Made by a program: the position numbers and the translations under genes. This document shows positions 39,104 to 50,335 of a DNA stretch of 64,000 nucleotides, piece after piece. Below the pieces are notes generated by a model. It made no database searches. It was not told the DNA's origin and was given only the letters and a program-made list of their open reading frames with translations. This stretch comes from Planctomycetota bacterium (lineage in GTDB: Bacteria > Planctomycetota > SZUA-567 > H5-PLA8): NCBI GenBank assembly GCA_038227875.1, contig JBBRPR010000007.1, positions 64,001 through 128,000 of the forward strand. The letters run 5' to 3'. The number at the start of each line of letters is the position of its first letter. Positions within the stretch are counted from its first letter, which is position 1.

Positions 39104-40405
39104 TCAGGAGAGATCCTCGTCGCCCGATGGCGTGGGTGGCGTGGGTGATTCGGGCGGCTCGGGCGGCGCGGGTGATTCGGGTGATTCGGGCGGTTCGGGC
39201 GGTTCGGGCGAAGTCGGACTGGTTAGCGGTGCAGGCGACGAAGCCACAGTGCTGGGCGCGTGCGACAACGCCATCGCTCCCGCCCAGGCCGAGACATCGC
39301 CCAGCGACCGCGCCGTGGAAGCAAGCAGCTCGAATTCCTTCGCTTCAATGCACAGATCATAGAACGACGGAATGTAGAGCCCCGGCGCTTCCGGCGGATT
39401 CTCGCTCAGGTGTTTCAGCCACAGGTCCAGCGCCTTCCGTTTCTGCCCCACGCGGTAAACCAGCGAGACAATCCACTCGATCGACCCCGGATCCATCCCC
39501 GAATCGTAACCCGAAAGCTTGGCCGTGAAGTGATCGACCGCGTCGTCGACGTTTTCGCCCAGCAACGCGCGCGCGTACTTGATGTGATCGAGAAATCCGT
39601 CCTCAAACGGCGCATCCGTGGCCGCGCCGAAACGCTTGTCCAGCAGCTTGCCGTATTCGTTGATCGACAGCGTCATGATCTGCTCGGGCTGCGTGTCGCT
39701 GAGCAGTCCGTAGCGCGAAACCGCGGAAATATGCGTCGGATCCGCGTGTGTGTTCGCATTTTCAAAAAGCCACGGGCGGTGGCGGATCAGATCGACGAGA
39801 TCGGTCTCCGGCGGAATCTCGCCGAAGCGCTCAAAAATCTGCTTCGAAACTCCGATCACCAGTTCTGTGTACAACTCTCCCGCCATCAGCCCAGCCGCAT
39901 GCTTGCGCACCGCCAGATCCACGCCGCGCGCCGAATCAAAGAGGGTAATCGTGCGACACAGTCCGTCGCGCTTCAGCACCAGCTCGAATCCGCGCCTGGG
40001 ATGCACGCCTTCGTCGAGCGCAATATGCAGCGTCTCATCCGTGGCGCCTTGCGGATCGACTTTCTCCAGCGCTTCACGAATGGGCTGGCGGTCGCCGACG
40101 CTACGGAAATACCGCCACGCTTCGACAATCTTGCCGTCTTTCAAATACTCAAGCCCCGTCTGGCGGCACGTCTCTTCGACGTAGCTCTCGTACGCCTTTC
40201 GCACGCTGTCGGGAAAGTCGCTCAAGTCGCCGGGGTTGATCAGCGGCAGGCCCAGCTCCATCCGCTTCTTCAGCAGCAGCGCGCGAAAGACCCCGTGTGG
40301 CGAACCGTCCGCGCGCAGTCGCTCGAGCAGCGCCTGAATGCCGGCCGCGCCGCCGTTCGCGTCGAAGGTCTCTTGGAGTGCATCGAAGGGAGTCGCGTCG
40401 CTCAT
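39104..40405 (-). CDS. Conserved hypothetical helical protein with Pro/Glu/Ser-rich tail
   Basis: 433 aa ORF within the operon; 9-nt repeats encode the PEP/PES tail. Confidence 0.75.
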   Translation of the reverse strand: MSDATPFDALQETFDANGGAAGIQALLERLRADGSPHGVFRALLLKKRMELGLPLINPGDLSDFPDSVRKAYESYVEETCRQTGLEYLKDGKIVEAWRYFRSVGDRQPIREALEKVDPQGATDETLHIALDEGVHPRRGFELVLKRDGLCRTITLFDSARGVDLAVRKHAAGLMAGELYTELVIGVSKQIFERFGEIPPETDLVDLIRHRPWLFENANTHADPTHISAVSRYGLLSDTQPEQIMTLSINEYGKLLDKRFGAATDAPFEDGFLDHIKYARALLGENVDDAVDHFTAKLSGYDSGMDPGSIEWIVSLVYRVGQKRKALDLWLKHLSENPPEAPGLYIPSFYDLCIEAKEFELLASTARSLGDVSAWAGAMALSHAPSTVASSPAPLTSPTSPEPPEPPESPESPAPPEPPESPTPPTPSGDEDLS

Positions 40406-40415
40406 GCAGTCCGTT

Positions 40416-40928
40416 TCAGGCCCGGGCGTGCTTCACGAGATGCCCTGCTTCGGGCAGGATGATCTTTTCCATCGCCAGCCGGCACGCCTTGGGACTGCCC
40501 GGCAGGCAGAAAACGATTTTGTTTCGCACCACGCCCGCCGTCGCGCGCGAAAGCAGGCAGGCCATTCCCACTTCCTCATAACTGAGGTGCGCGAACATGA
40601 CCGCGAACGCCGGAATCTCTTTTTCGAACAGCGGCGTCACCGCTTCGACTGTGACGTCCATCGGGCTCAACCCCGTGCCGCCGGTCATCACGATCAGGTC
40701 GAGCTCCTCCATCAACGCCAGTTTCGAGAGCGTCGAGGCGATGCTGGGCGCGTCGTCTTTCAAAATCTCATACCAGACCACCGTGTGTCCGGCGCCCGTG
40801 AGCCCGTCGCGAATGCACTGGCCGCCCGTGTCGTTCTCTTTCGTCCGCGTCGTCGACAACGTCATCACCGCCGCGCGAAGCTGCTTCGGCGCGCTGGCGC
40901 GGTGTTGGGTTACGGAATCTGTAGCCAT
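40416..40928 (-). CDS. moaB: Molybdenum cofactor biosynthesis protein MoaB/Mog
   Basis: TGGTGLSPMDVTVEA, LSRATAG, LPGSPKA. Confidence 0.85.
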   Translation of the reverse strand: MATDSVTQHRASAPKQLRAAVMTLSTTRTKENDTGGQCIRDGLTGAGHTVVWYEILKDDAPSIASTLSKLALMEELDLIVMTGGTGLSPMDVTVEAVTPLFEKEIPAFAVMFAHLSYEEVGMACLLSRATAGVVRNKIVFCLPGSPKACRLAMEKIILPEAGHLVKHARA

Positions 40929-40988
40929 GCGCCGCATGTTACTTCGGCCACTGTCGAACGGAAAGTGCAGGCATCTCTCCCCTCTCAC

Positions 40989-41300
40989 TCAAGGGGAGAG
41001 CGTTTTGATGCGCGCGCTCGCCGCGCTCAATTCCACGCCCATTACTTGCACCTGCTTGTTTCGAGACGTCTGCCCCGCGACCACCGCCGCGCTGCGTTTG
41101 CCGACGCCAAAAAACTCAGCGAGCAGCGCTTCAACTTCCGCGTTCGCTTTTCCTTTTTCCGGAGCGGAGCGCACCGCAACTTTCAACGCGCCGCCGAGAA
41201 TGCCGCGCATTTCCGAGCGCGACGATCCGGCCGACACGATCACATTGACGCAAATGCCGCCGGAAATGGCGCGAAGTTTGACGGAGGGATCAGTCGTCAT
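40989..41300 (-). CDS. DUF167 (YggU) family protein
   Basis: LKVAVRSAPEKGKAN..GQTSRNK. Confidence 0.85.
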   Translation of the reverse strand: MTTDPSVKLRAISGGICVNVIVSAGSSRSEMRGILGGALKVAVRSAPEKGKANAEVEALLAEFFGVGKRSAAVVAGQTSRNKQVQVMGVELSAASARIKTLSP

Positions 41301-41640
41301 AGCGCTGCTTCGACGTGCTGAGCACGATCAAGCGAAAACAGAATCTACCTATCACGAGCACCACAGTCCAAAATATCGTCCAAGCACAGACATTTCCGAA
41401 TACTCCATACGGATGTGATGTGATTGTTGGAGGGTCGTCAGGACCAATCATTGCAAGTATGGTTAAGGCGTCATAGTTCGAAAAAGGAATGCCGAAATGA
41501 CATCGGTTTCCAAAGGCACCGTTTCCAAAGGTACCGTTTTCCATATAAACTTCGCCAGTCGTTGGATAATGGTAAGTGACAACAACACTGATACCGCAAA
41601 GCAACATTACGACCAGCATTTCGCTCAGCCGAAATCGCAC
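41290..41640 (-). CDS. Small lower-GC membrane protein
   Basis: RFRLSEMLVV N-terminus, two TM segments. Confidence 0.5.
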   Translation of the reverse strand: MRFRLSEMLVVMLLCGISVVVTYHYPTTGEVYMENGTFGNGAFGNRCHFGIPFSNYDALTILAMIGPDDPPTITSHPYGVFGNVCAWTIFWTVVLVIGRFCFRLIVLSTSKQRYDD

Positions 41641-41672
41641 GTCATAGTTTCCAGTGTTGTTCGCGCGCCATT

Positions 41673-41705
41673 CAACTCAAAACTAAAAATTCAAAACTCA
41701 AAACT
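41673..41705 (-). repeat. Heptamer repeat arm (TTTTGAG type); inverted partner at 45412-45444
   Basis: 31/33 identical to the reverse complement of 45412-45444. Confidence 0.75.
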
Positions 41706-41713
41706 GTCCCCAC

Positions 41714-42958
<1,245 letters not shown>

Positions 42959-43050
42959 GTCGACGAGGACTGAGGACTGAGGACTGAGGGCCGAGTGTGT
43001 AAACACGGCACGCAATGCTTCAATTCCCGGTCCTTGATCCTCCCAGTTTG

Positions 43051-43890
43051 CTAACTTTGCTTTCCCAACTCACGGCTGCGTTCGGCGGCCCGCCGGATGG
43101 CGGCGACGATCCTGGGTTTCACTTCCGTTGCATCCAGCCGTTCAATCGCGGCCTGCGTCGTGCCGTTGGGACTGGTGACGCGCTTGCGAAGCTCCTCGGG
43201 CGGCAATTTCGTGTCTTCCAGCATCTTGGCCGCACCCAACACGGTGCGCGATGCCAGCAGACTCGCCTGCTCCCGCGTAAAGCCTTCCGCGATCCCGGCG
43301 TCGATCATCGCCTCTACCAGGTAGAACAGGTAAGCCGGACCACTGCCTGACAACCCGGTTACGGCATCCATCATGCGTTCTTCTACACGCAGGGTCAACG
43401 ACCCGCTCGAAAAAAGTTCCTCGATCAGCGCCAAGTCCTCGCTGCGGGTATGTGCACCCGCGCAAAGGCAACTGGCGCCAAGACCTACCAACATGGGTGT
43501 ATTCGGCATCACGCGGACAACCCGCGCGCCACTCGGCAGAAACTTCTCGAGGCGGGATGTGGGAACTCCGGCACAGATCGACGCCAGCACATGGTGCTCT
43601 GGACGGAACACGGCCGCGATTTGCTTCAACACATCGTCAGTTTGTTGCGGTTTTACGCAAAGCACAACCACTTCAGAACTGCTGACCACTTCCTGATTGT
43701 TCTCGGTGGTGCGAATTTTTAGCGATTCAGCGATGAACTGCCGGCGTTCCGCGGATACATCGCTCGCGGTCACGGCCGAAGGGGCGATCGTTCCGGCGCT
43801 CAGCACGCCGCGAATCAGGGCTTCGGCCATGTTGCCAGCGCCAAGCAAGCCCAGCGTTCGATTCTGCAACAATTTCGCGGGTGCGTTCAC
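43051..43890 (-). CDS. proC: Pyrroline-5-carboxylate reductase
   Basis: GAGNMA, VKPQ, RVMPNTP, GLSGSGPAY, VTSPNGTT. Confidence 0.95.
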   Translation of the reverse strand: MNAPAKLLQNRTLGLLGAGNMAEALIRGVLSAGTIAPSAVTASDVSAERRQFIAESLKIRTTENNQEVVSSSEVVVLCVKPQQTDDVLKQIAAVFRPEHHVLASICAGVPTSRLEKFLPSGARVVRVMPNTPMLVGLGASCLCAGAHTRSEDLALIEELFSSGSLTLRVEERMMDAVTGLSGSGPAYLFYLVEAMIDAGIAEGFTREQASLLASRTVLGAAKMLEDTKLPPEELRKRVTSPNGTTQAAIERLDATEVKPRIVAAIRRAAERSRELGKQS

Positions 43891-44080
43891 GGAATGCCCT
43901 TCAAAAAACAAGGCCAAGCGGCACGGTATAAAAATATTTCAAAGTCAGTTCGCATTCTATACGGAGACGCGCCGGGCGCAATTCGTTATAACGGTGTCTT
44001 CCCTACGGCCCGATATTTGTGCGATGCGCGATTCCGATCGCTGGAGTTCCAAGAGCTATGAGCCAGGAGCCAAGAGCCGC

Positions 44081-45400
44081 ATGAGCGCACATCTCTTCGT
44101 CCGTACCGGCCCCAACAGCGGCGAGGTCTATCCCCTGCCCGCCGACAGCGTCACCGTCGGCCGCGGGCGCAATTGCGGCGTGCGGCTCGCCGATCCGTTT
44201 GTCTCGCGTGAGCATTTTCGCATCGACAGCCGCCAGAGCGGCCACTGGGTCGTCGATCTTGGTAGCATGAACTGCACCGCCGTCAACGGCATGCCGGTGG
44301 AGAGCAAACAGCTGGAGTCCGGCGACGAAATCTTCATCGGCTCGACCCGCATGCTCTATTTCCCGAAGCACATTCCCGATGCCAGTTCCTCCGGACGAGC
44401 CAGCGAGATTTCCCGCACGCTGATGGCCCGCGATTTCGCCTCGGAAGCGCGCTTCGAAATGATTGGCACCTGCGAGGCCATGCGCGCGCTCTACGCCATG
44501 ATCGACCGCGTCGCGCCACTGGAATCCACCGTGATGATCACCGGCGAAAGCGGCACCGGCAAGGAACTGGTCGCGCGCGCCTTGCATCAAAATGGTCCGC
44601 GCTCCGAAGGCCCGCTGGTCAGCGTCAACTGCGCGGGGATTCCGAAGGAACTGGCCGAAAGCGAACTCTTCGGCCACGAAAAAGGCGCCTTCACCGGCGC
44701 GCACGCACAGCGCATCGGCAAGTTCGAACTGGCCAACGGCGGCACGCTCTTTCTCGACGAGATCGGCGAACTGGCGCTCGATTGCCAGGCCAAGCTCCTG
44801 CGCGTGCTGGAAGAGCGCAAGATCACGCGCATCGGCGGCGAACGGGATTACAAGGTCAACGTCCGCGTCGTCGCCGCCACGCACCGCAATCTTCACGAGA
44901 TGGTGCGCGCCGGCACGTTCCGCCAGGACCTGCTCTACCGCCTGGAAGTGATCGGCCTGAAAATTCCGGCGCTGCGAGACCGCGTCGGCGACATCGAAGC
45001 GCTCGCGCGCCATTTTCTCGACCACTACCGCGAAAAAGTCGGACGCCGCGTCAGCGACTTTGCGCCTGCGGCGCTGGAGCGCCTGAAACGCTACGATTGG
45101 CCCGGCAACGTCCGTGAACTGAAAAACGTGATCGAGCGCGCCGTGATCATGGGATTCAATGAGACCGTCGAAGCCGCCGAAATCTTTCTCCCGGAAAGCC
45201 ACGTCTCGAAGCCACCGTCGAAAAGCCCGTTCGCGGGCACCTTCATTCCGCTCGATCAAGTAATCCAGATCGCCGCCAAACGGCACATAGAACATGCGCT
45301 GGAACTGAGCGAAGGAAACAAGAAGAAAGCGGCCGAACTGCTCGGCATTCCACGCTCGAGCTTGTACGACGTGCTGAAGAAATACGGCGTGGACGGATGA
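44081..45400 (+). CDS. FHA-domain sigma54-dependent enhancer-binding protein
   Basis: FHA VGRG..VSREH; GESGTGKE, GAFTGA, FLDEIG, WPGNVREL; Fis-type HTH. Confidence 0.92.
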   Translation: MSAHLFVRTGPNSGEVYPLPADSVTVGRGRNCGVRLADPFVSREHFRIDSRQSGHWVVDLGSMNCTAVNGMPVESKQLESGDEIFIGSTRMLYFPKHIPDASSSGRASEISRTLMARDFASEARFEMIGTCEAMRALYAMIDRVAPLESTVMITGESGTGKELVARALHQNGPRSEGPLVSVNCAGIPKELAESELFGHEKGAFTGAHAQRIGKFELANGGTLFLDEIGELALDCQAKLLRVLEERKITRIGGERDYKVNVRVVAATHRNLHEMVRAGTFRQDLLYRLEVIGLKIPALRDRVGDIEALARHFLDHYREKVGRRVSDFAPAALERLKRYDWPGNVRELKNVIERAVIMGFNETVEAAEIFLPESHVSKPPSKSPFAGTFIPLDQVIQIAAKRHIEHALELSEGNKKKAAELLGIPRSSLYDVLKKYGVDG

Positions 45401-45411
45401 GGGTTGCAGAT

Positions 45412-45498
45412 AGTTTTGAGTTGTGAGTTTTTAGTTTTGAGTTGCTGCCGCGAAAGGCAAATCTCAACTCAAAACTTAAAGCGCAACACTCAAAACTA
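45412..45498. repeat. Heptamer inverted-repeat element (TTTTGAG type)
   Basis: AGTTTTGAGTTGTGAGTTTTTAGTTTTGAGTTG followed by CAACTCAAAACT..CTCAAAACT. Confidence 0.7.
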
Positions 45499-45517
45499 CC
45501 TCCGCAGCTCCCCTCAT

Positions 45518-45558
45518 GCGTCGAGCCCCCGACGCTTCCTGTGTCGAGATCTCGACAC
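45518..45558. promoter_or_regulatory. Tandem palindromic sites, candidate upstream activator sequences
   Basis: GCGTCG-N6-CGACGC (45518-45535) and perfect GTGTCGAGATCTCGACAC (45541-45558). Confidence 0.55.
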
Positions 45559-45652
45559 CCCTCGCAGTTTGTTCCGACCGTCGACGTCGGATGAAAAACC
45601 TAAGAACAGATACTGTCTCGACTTACATGATAGTGATCGCGCGCCCTCCCGC

Positions 45653-45668
45653 TGGCATTGCTGTTGCT
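45653..45668 (+). promoter_or_regulatory. Sigma54 -24/-12 promoter
   Basis: TGGCATTGCTGTTGCT, GG-N10-GC spacing, 30 bp before the lipoprotein start. Confidence 0.65.
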
Positions 45669-45697
45669 CTTCTCCACACAGAGGATCGAGGAGGGGG

Positions 45698-46000
45698 ATG
45701 GCGATGAAGACGACGAAGGCGGTGAACACGATGAAAACCATGCAGCGCGCGGTGATGATTCTGGTGGCGGCGGGGATGGGCCTGGGGTTGACCGGCTGCG
45801 TCCACAATCGCAACGACGACGATGACGACGATCGTCCGCAAGCCTACGATCAGGTCGGCGAAGTGAAGGTCTTCGACGAACGCCCGAAAGTCGTGCACGT
45901 GAAGTCCGTCGCCCCGGTGGCAGTGAAGCACGTCCAGGTCGTCACGACCAAGCATGAACAGCGCTTCGACCAGATCGGTGAAACCGACGTCGCGGAATAG
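45698..46000 (+). CDS. Small lipoprotein
   Basis: GAGGAGG RBS; lipobox LTGC; internal repeat YDQVGE/FDQIGE. Confidence 0.75.
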   Translation: MAMKTTKAVNTMKTMQRAVMILVAAGMGLGLTGCVHNRNDDDDDDRPQAYDQVGEVKVFDERPKVVHVKSVAPVAVKHVQVVTTKHEQRFDQIGETDVAE

Positions 46001-46181
46001 TCTCGCGCAAAGACGCAAAGGCGCAAAGAACAGCAACGGCTTTGGATTGTTTTCCCTTAGCGTCAGCTGTCCCTAAAGGAGGAATGTGTTGGCTTTTAAC
46101 CATCGGATAAATTTATGCCGAGGTACTCCGCCTAACTAATTCGTTCGTGCAGTTCATTGCGCCTTTGCGTCTTTGCGCGAG
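46001..46181. repeat. Inverted-repeat element (CGCAAAG type)
   Basis: TCTCGCGCAAAGACGCAAAGGCGCAA..TTGCGCCTTTGCGTCTTTGCGCGAGA; single arms at 19588-19610 and about 59171-59207. Confidence 0.75.
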
Positions 46182-46206
46182 ATAAAGAAGTGTGTATTTT
46201 CACCGC

Positions 46207-46659
46207 ATGAAAAGTCTCTACGACTCCGAGCGTGTTACGGAACTCAAGCAACGCATGTCCAAACTGAAACCCGACAGTCCGCGCCAGTGGGGCACCATGA
46301 ATCCCGCGCAGGCCATGGCGCATTGCTGCGGCGGCCTGGAATGGGCCGTGGGCGACGCCGTCCCGCCACGCATGTTCATCGGGAGACTCATCGGCTGGAT
46401 GGTCAAGTCCATGGTGCTGCGCGACGACGAACCGATGCGCAAAAATTCGCCGACGTCCAACGACATCGTGGTGAAAGACAATCGCGATCTGAACGAGGAA
46501 CGCGCGCGCTTAATCACCCTGATCGACCGCTTCGTTGCCGCCGGTCCAAAAGGCTGCACCACACACCCGCACAGTTTCTTCGGACCGCTCACTCCGAACG
46601 AATGGGCCGTGCTGATGTACAAACACGTCGACCACCATCTGCGGCAGTTTGGAGTGTGA
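46207..46659 (+). CDS. DUF1569 (DinB superfamily) protein
   Basis: QWGTMNPAQAMAHC..HSFFGPLT..EW..KHVDHHLRQFG. Confidence 0.85.
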   Translation: MKSLYDSERVTELKQRMSKLKPDSPRQWGTMNPAQAMAHCCGGLEWAVGDAVPPRMFIGRLIGWMVKSMVLRDDEPMRKNSPTSNDIVVKDNRDLNEERARLITLIDRFVAAGPKGCTTHPHSFFGPLTPNEWAVLMYKHVDHHLRQFGV

Positions 46660-46669
46660 ACAGCAACAA

Positions 46670-46851
46670 ATGGGATCGGGGATCTGGCATCAGGCATCGG
46701 TCGTTGGGAAGTTGTAACTGACACAGTGCGCGTGCCGAAAATAACTTGGCTTTGAAAAGGAAGCTTTCTGAAATTACCGATCCCAGCAGAACGCGATTCC
46801 ACCTTGCTCTAACACATTGACCGGCGCCCGATGCCTGATCCCCGATCCCAT
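46670..46851. repeat. Heptamer inverted-repeat element (GGGATCG type), second copy
   Basis: Arms 46670-46703 and 46825-46851; similar to 20814-20971. Confidence 0.7.
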
Positions 46852-46879
46852 CCGTTCGTTCTTCTTCCCCGTTCGTTCT

Positions 46880-47122
46880 TTAGTTCTTAACTTTGAGCTT
46901 TGAATTGGCTTCAACATACGACGGCGGATGCGTCGTGCACGCGTTGGCCTTGCCGCTTTCCGGAATCGTGTTCTTCTCCTCGTGGCCGCAACCACACCCG
47001 CCTGCGCAGCGGCCGGGCTTCGCCGGTCGCGTCGCCGCGATCAGCGGACCGATCAGCAGTTTCGCGGCCCACAGTACGGCCGCGGCAACGATGGCGATGG
47101 CGATGAGTGTCTGTTTATCCAT
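46880..47122 (-). CDS. FeoB-associated Cys-rich membrane protein
   Basis: TM helix then CAGGCGC, directly downstream of feoB. Confidence 0.7.
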   Translation of the reverse strand: MDKQTLIAIAIVAAAVLWAAKLLIGPLIAATRPAKPGRCAGGCGCGHEEKNTIPESGKANACTTHPPSYVEANSKLKVKN

Positions 47123-47146
47123 AAGGCACGTCCTTCGGTACTGCGC

Positions 47147-49414
47147 TTACTGCGTGATCTTTTGCAGGCCCAGCGCCATGGCTCCGGCGTACGCGGCCCA
47201 CGCTCCAATATACGCCAAAACCGTCATATACGTGAATGAAAACAGTGGCCAGCGCCACGAATTCGTTTCGCGGCGGATGATCGCCAGCGTCGCCGCGCAC
47301 TGGCTGCAGAGCGCAAAGAAGACCATGATCGAGAGCGCTACCGGGATGTTGAACAGCGGCGCCGGCGAATTGTCCCACGTCGCTTCCTTCATCGCCTTGC
47401 CCAGGTCTTCGGTCTCTTCGCCTTTGCCTTTGCCCAGATTGAAAATCGTGCGCATCGTCGAGACGATGACTTCGCGCGCGGGAAAAGATGCAATCGCGCC
47501 CATAGAAATGCGCCAGTCCCAGCCCAACGGCTTGAACGCCCACTCCACCGAATGGCCCATGCGGCCGAAGTAGCTCTGCCGCAGGTACTCACCGTCTTCC
47601 GCTTTCGCCAGATCGTCCTGAGCGTCTTTGACTTCCTTCGCTTCGGGATCCTTGGCCTTTTCCACAAACGCCGCGCGTTGGCGTTCATAGTTTTCGTGAA
47701 TGCTTGCCGGATGCGGGAAATACGACAGCGCCCACACCACGATGCTCACCGAGAGAATGATCGTCCCCGCACGCACGGCGAACGCCTTACCGCGGTCGTA
47801 GACGCGCATCAGCACCGTGCGCCAGTCGGGAATCTTGTACGACGGCAATTCGATCAGGAACGGCGGCGTCTCTCCCTTCAGCAGCGTTTTCTTGAGCAGC
47901 CAGGCCACCGGCACCGCCACAAATAGCCCGACGCAGTACATCCCGAACAAGGTCAATCCCTGCAGCGTGAAGACGCCGCCCAGGTACTTCCGCTCGGGAA
48001 TGAAGGTGCCGATCAAAATCATATAAACGGGGAGGCGCGCCGAACAGCTCATCAGCGGAGCAACCAGAATCGTCGTCAGCCGGTCGCGCGGATTTTCAAT
48101 CGTGCGCGTCGACATGATCCCCGGCACCGCGCAGGCGAAACTCGAAAGCATCGGAATAAACGATTTTCCCGACAACCCGACGCGCGAAAGCAGCCGGTCC
48201 ATCAAGAACGCCGCGCGCGACATGTAGCCGCAGTCTTCCATGATCGCGATAAAGAAAAAGAGCACGCAGATCTGCGGCAGAAACGTCATCACGCCGCCGA
48301 CGCCGGCAATCGCGCCGTCGACGAGCAGGCTTTTCAGCGCGCCTTCGGCCATGTGATTGCCGACAAACTCACCCAGCTTGTCGAAGCCGCTGGAAATCAG
48401 TTCCATCACCGGCTTCGACCACGTGAAAATTGATTGGAACACGATCAGCATCAGCAGCGCGAACAGCAGTGTTCCTGAGAACCAATGCGTGGCGATCTTG
48501 TCGATGGTGTCGGATTTCGTCGGCGGCGGCTGAGCCGGACGGTGCAGCGACGGCCCCAGCACCTGCTTGACCCACGCGTAGCGGACGCGCACTTCCTCCG
48601 CCGGGAGCGGGATCTTGCTGGCCCGGCCGCGGCGTTCGTCGAGCGTCTTGGTGAAATCCGCGCCGAGCACTCCGGCCAGCCGCGTTTCAGCGTAGCCGCC
48701 CTTGTCGATCAGGATGCGGAACGCCTCGAGACGGTTGACGTCGCGGCCGATCTTCCCCGCCGCGCCGTGGAGATCCGTGTGAAGCCCATCGGCTTCCTTC
48801 TGCAGCGGTTCGGGAAACACCGGCAGCTTTCCGGCTGGCGGCTTGCCCTGGGTCAGCATCTTCTGCAGCGCCGCGCGGAGTTCCGGCAGTCCCGTTCCCT
48901 TGTTGGCGCAGACGGGAATCACCGGCGTGCCCAGCGCTTCCGACAGTTTCGTCGCATCGATGGTGATGCCTTTGGTCTCGGCCACATCCATCATATTCAA
49001 TGCGACAACGACCGGCAGGTGCAGCTCGCACAGCTGCGAAATCAGATAAAAATTGCGCTCGGGGTTGCTGGCATCGGCGATCGCCAGGATCGCATCGATC
49101 TTGTTCGAGCCCTGCTGCTGTCCGAGCAGCACGTCGACGGCGATCATTTCGTCCGGACTGCGCGCCGCCAGGCTATACGTACCGGGAAGGTCAATCAGAT
49201 CGACGACCGCTTTGTCGTCCAGCTTCAGCGCGCCGACTTTGCGTTCAACCGTGACACCGGGATAGTTTCCGACGTGTTGATTCAGTCCCGTGAGGGCATT
49301 GAATAACGTGGTTTTTCCGGTGTTGGGATTGCCGATCAGCGCGATGGAGGCGGCGCGCTTTGCAGCAGGATCACGCGCGGGTACCGCCAGCGCGTCGGAA
49401 CCGGGGGTGCTCAT
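47147..49414 (-). CDS. feoB: Ferrous iron transporter B
   Basis: GNPNTGKT, VGNYPGVTVE, DLPGTYSL, NMMD, PLMSCSARLPVY. Confidence 0.96.
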   Translation of the reverse strand: MSTPGSDALAVPARDPAAKRAASIALIGNPNTGKTTLFNALTGLNQHVGNYPGVTVERKVGALKLDDKAVVDLIDLPGTYSLAARSPDEMIAVDVLLGQQQGSNKIDAILAIADASNPERNFYLISQLCELHLPVVVALNMMDVAETKGITIDATKLSEALGTPVIPVCANKGTGLPELRAALQKMLTQGKPPAGKLPVFPEPLQKEADGLHTDLHGAAGKIGRDVNRLEAFRILIDKGGYAETRLAGVLGADFTKTLDERRGRASKIPLPAEEVRVRYAWVKQVLGPSLHRPAQPPPTKSDTIDKIATHWFSGTLLFALLMLIVFQSIFTWSKPVMELISSGFDKLGEFVGNHMAEGALKSLLVDGAIAGVGGVMTFLPQICVLFFFIAIMEDCGYMSRAAFLMDRLLSRVGLSGKSFIPMLSSFACAVPGIMSTRTIENPRDRLTTILVAPLMSCSARLPVYMILIGTFIPERKYLGGVFTLQGLTLFGMYCVGLFVAVPVAWLLKKTLLKGETPPFLIELPSYKIPDWRTVLMRVYDRGKAFAVRAGTIILSVSIVVWALSYFPHPASIHENYERQRAAFVEKAKDPEAKEVKDAQDDLAKAEDGEYLRQSYFGRMGHSVEWAFKPLGWDWRISMGAIASFPAREVIVSTMRTIFNLGKGKGEETEDLGKAMKEATWDNSPAPLFNIPVALSIMVFFALCSQCAATLAIIRRETNSWRWPLFSFTYMTVLAYIGAWAAYAGAMALGLQKITQ

Positions 49415-49497
49415 GAGGCGATCTCGGGAGAATCAGTCAGCGCCATCCGTCCCAATCGTCCCAGAAAGCTTATCGGCCGCATATATATAGCGGCCCG

Positions 49498-49737
49498 TCA
49501 GCCCGCGTGAACTTCATTGACTTCTACCAACTTCGCTTCGGCCTTGCGGAGCGAAAGATTGTAGCCCTGCAGACGAATTTCCATCGGGTCGCCCAGCGGC
49601 GCGAAACGCACGACCGACAACTCCGCACCTTCAAAAACGCCCATTTCCAGCAAACGCTGGTATATGGCAGTACCCGTCCCCGAGACCGCAAGAACAGTCG
49701 CGCGTTGGCCGGGCTTTAATTGATCGAGGGTCGTCAT
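49498..49737 (-). CDS. feoA: Ferrous iron transport protein A
   Basis: RLLEMG..APLGDP..LSLRKAEA. Confidence 0.92.
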   Translation of the reverse strand: MTTLDQLKPGQRATVLAVSGTGTAIYQRLLEMGVFEGAELSVVRFAPLGDPMEIRLQGYNLSLRKAEAKLVEVNEVHAG

Positions 49738-49970
49738 TCAGCGGTTACGGCGACTTCCGCGCCAATCTGCTTGGCGTCTTCACGGCGGAGACAAATTCGG
49801 CTATTGCCAATCTGCACGAGCATAGGGCAGCCGTGCTGGATCATCTTCACCCACGCGCCCGGGATCACGCCCAGTTCACGCAGACGGTCAGCGTGGGACG
49901 ACGCACCGACGATCTCGGTCACGACGCCCTCTTCACCAGATTTCCAGCAACACAAGCGATTAGCGCTCAT
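49734..49970 (-). CDS. feoA: Ferrous iron transport protein A (second copy)
   Basis: RLRELGVIPG..RICLRREDA. Confidence 0.8.
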   Translation of the reverse strand: MSANRLCCWKSGEEGVVTEIVGASSHADRLRELGVIPGAWVKMIQHGCPMLVQIGNSRICLRREDAKQIGAEVAVTAE

Positions 49971-50015
49971 CTACTCGGTCCTTTGCAGCAGGCTGCTAGA
50001 ACGTCTCTTTGGCAC

Positions 50016-50030
50016 TGAGAATCATTCTCA
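50016..50030. promoter_or_regulatory. Fur-type box upstream of feoAAB
   Basis: 7-1-7 palindrome TGAGAAT-C-ATTCTCA. Confidence 0.7.
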
Positions 50031-50335
50031 AAGAGTCCTGAGTACTGTACCTGCTCGCCGTTCACTGTCAACATCGTAGTGCGCAGATTTGATGGAAACT
50101 CCAAATTTCTGACCAGCAGCCTCGCAAGTCGCTCGTTTGAGGTGCATGACTGCTCAATTTCGATCGCCTTGCTCACCTCTTCATTCTACACCATGCCTAT
50201 ATGATAATCGACAGGTTTCATGGGTATATAAAGCACTTCGCCTCGTTAGGAGTATCTTCAGTGATGGTATACTGTATGCTTAGTTCTTGAGGGGGTTGAC
50301 TTTGTTGCGGATTGCGACAACTTGAGGAAACAACT

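Noticed and set aside
39120..39210. 9-nt repeat tract as a CRISPR or mobile repeat
   Set aside because: It encodes an in-frame Pro/Glu/Ser-rich tail and has no spacers. No CRISPR array or cas gene was seen in the window.
49967..50176. 69-aa ORF upstream of feoA
   Set aside because: It overlaps the Fur box and promoter region and has no recognisable features.
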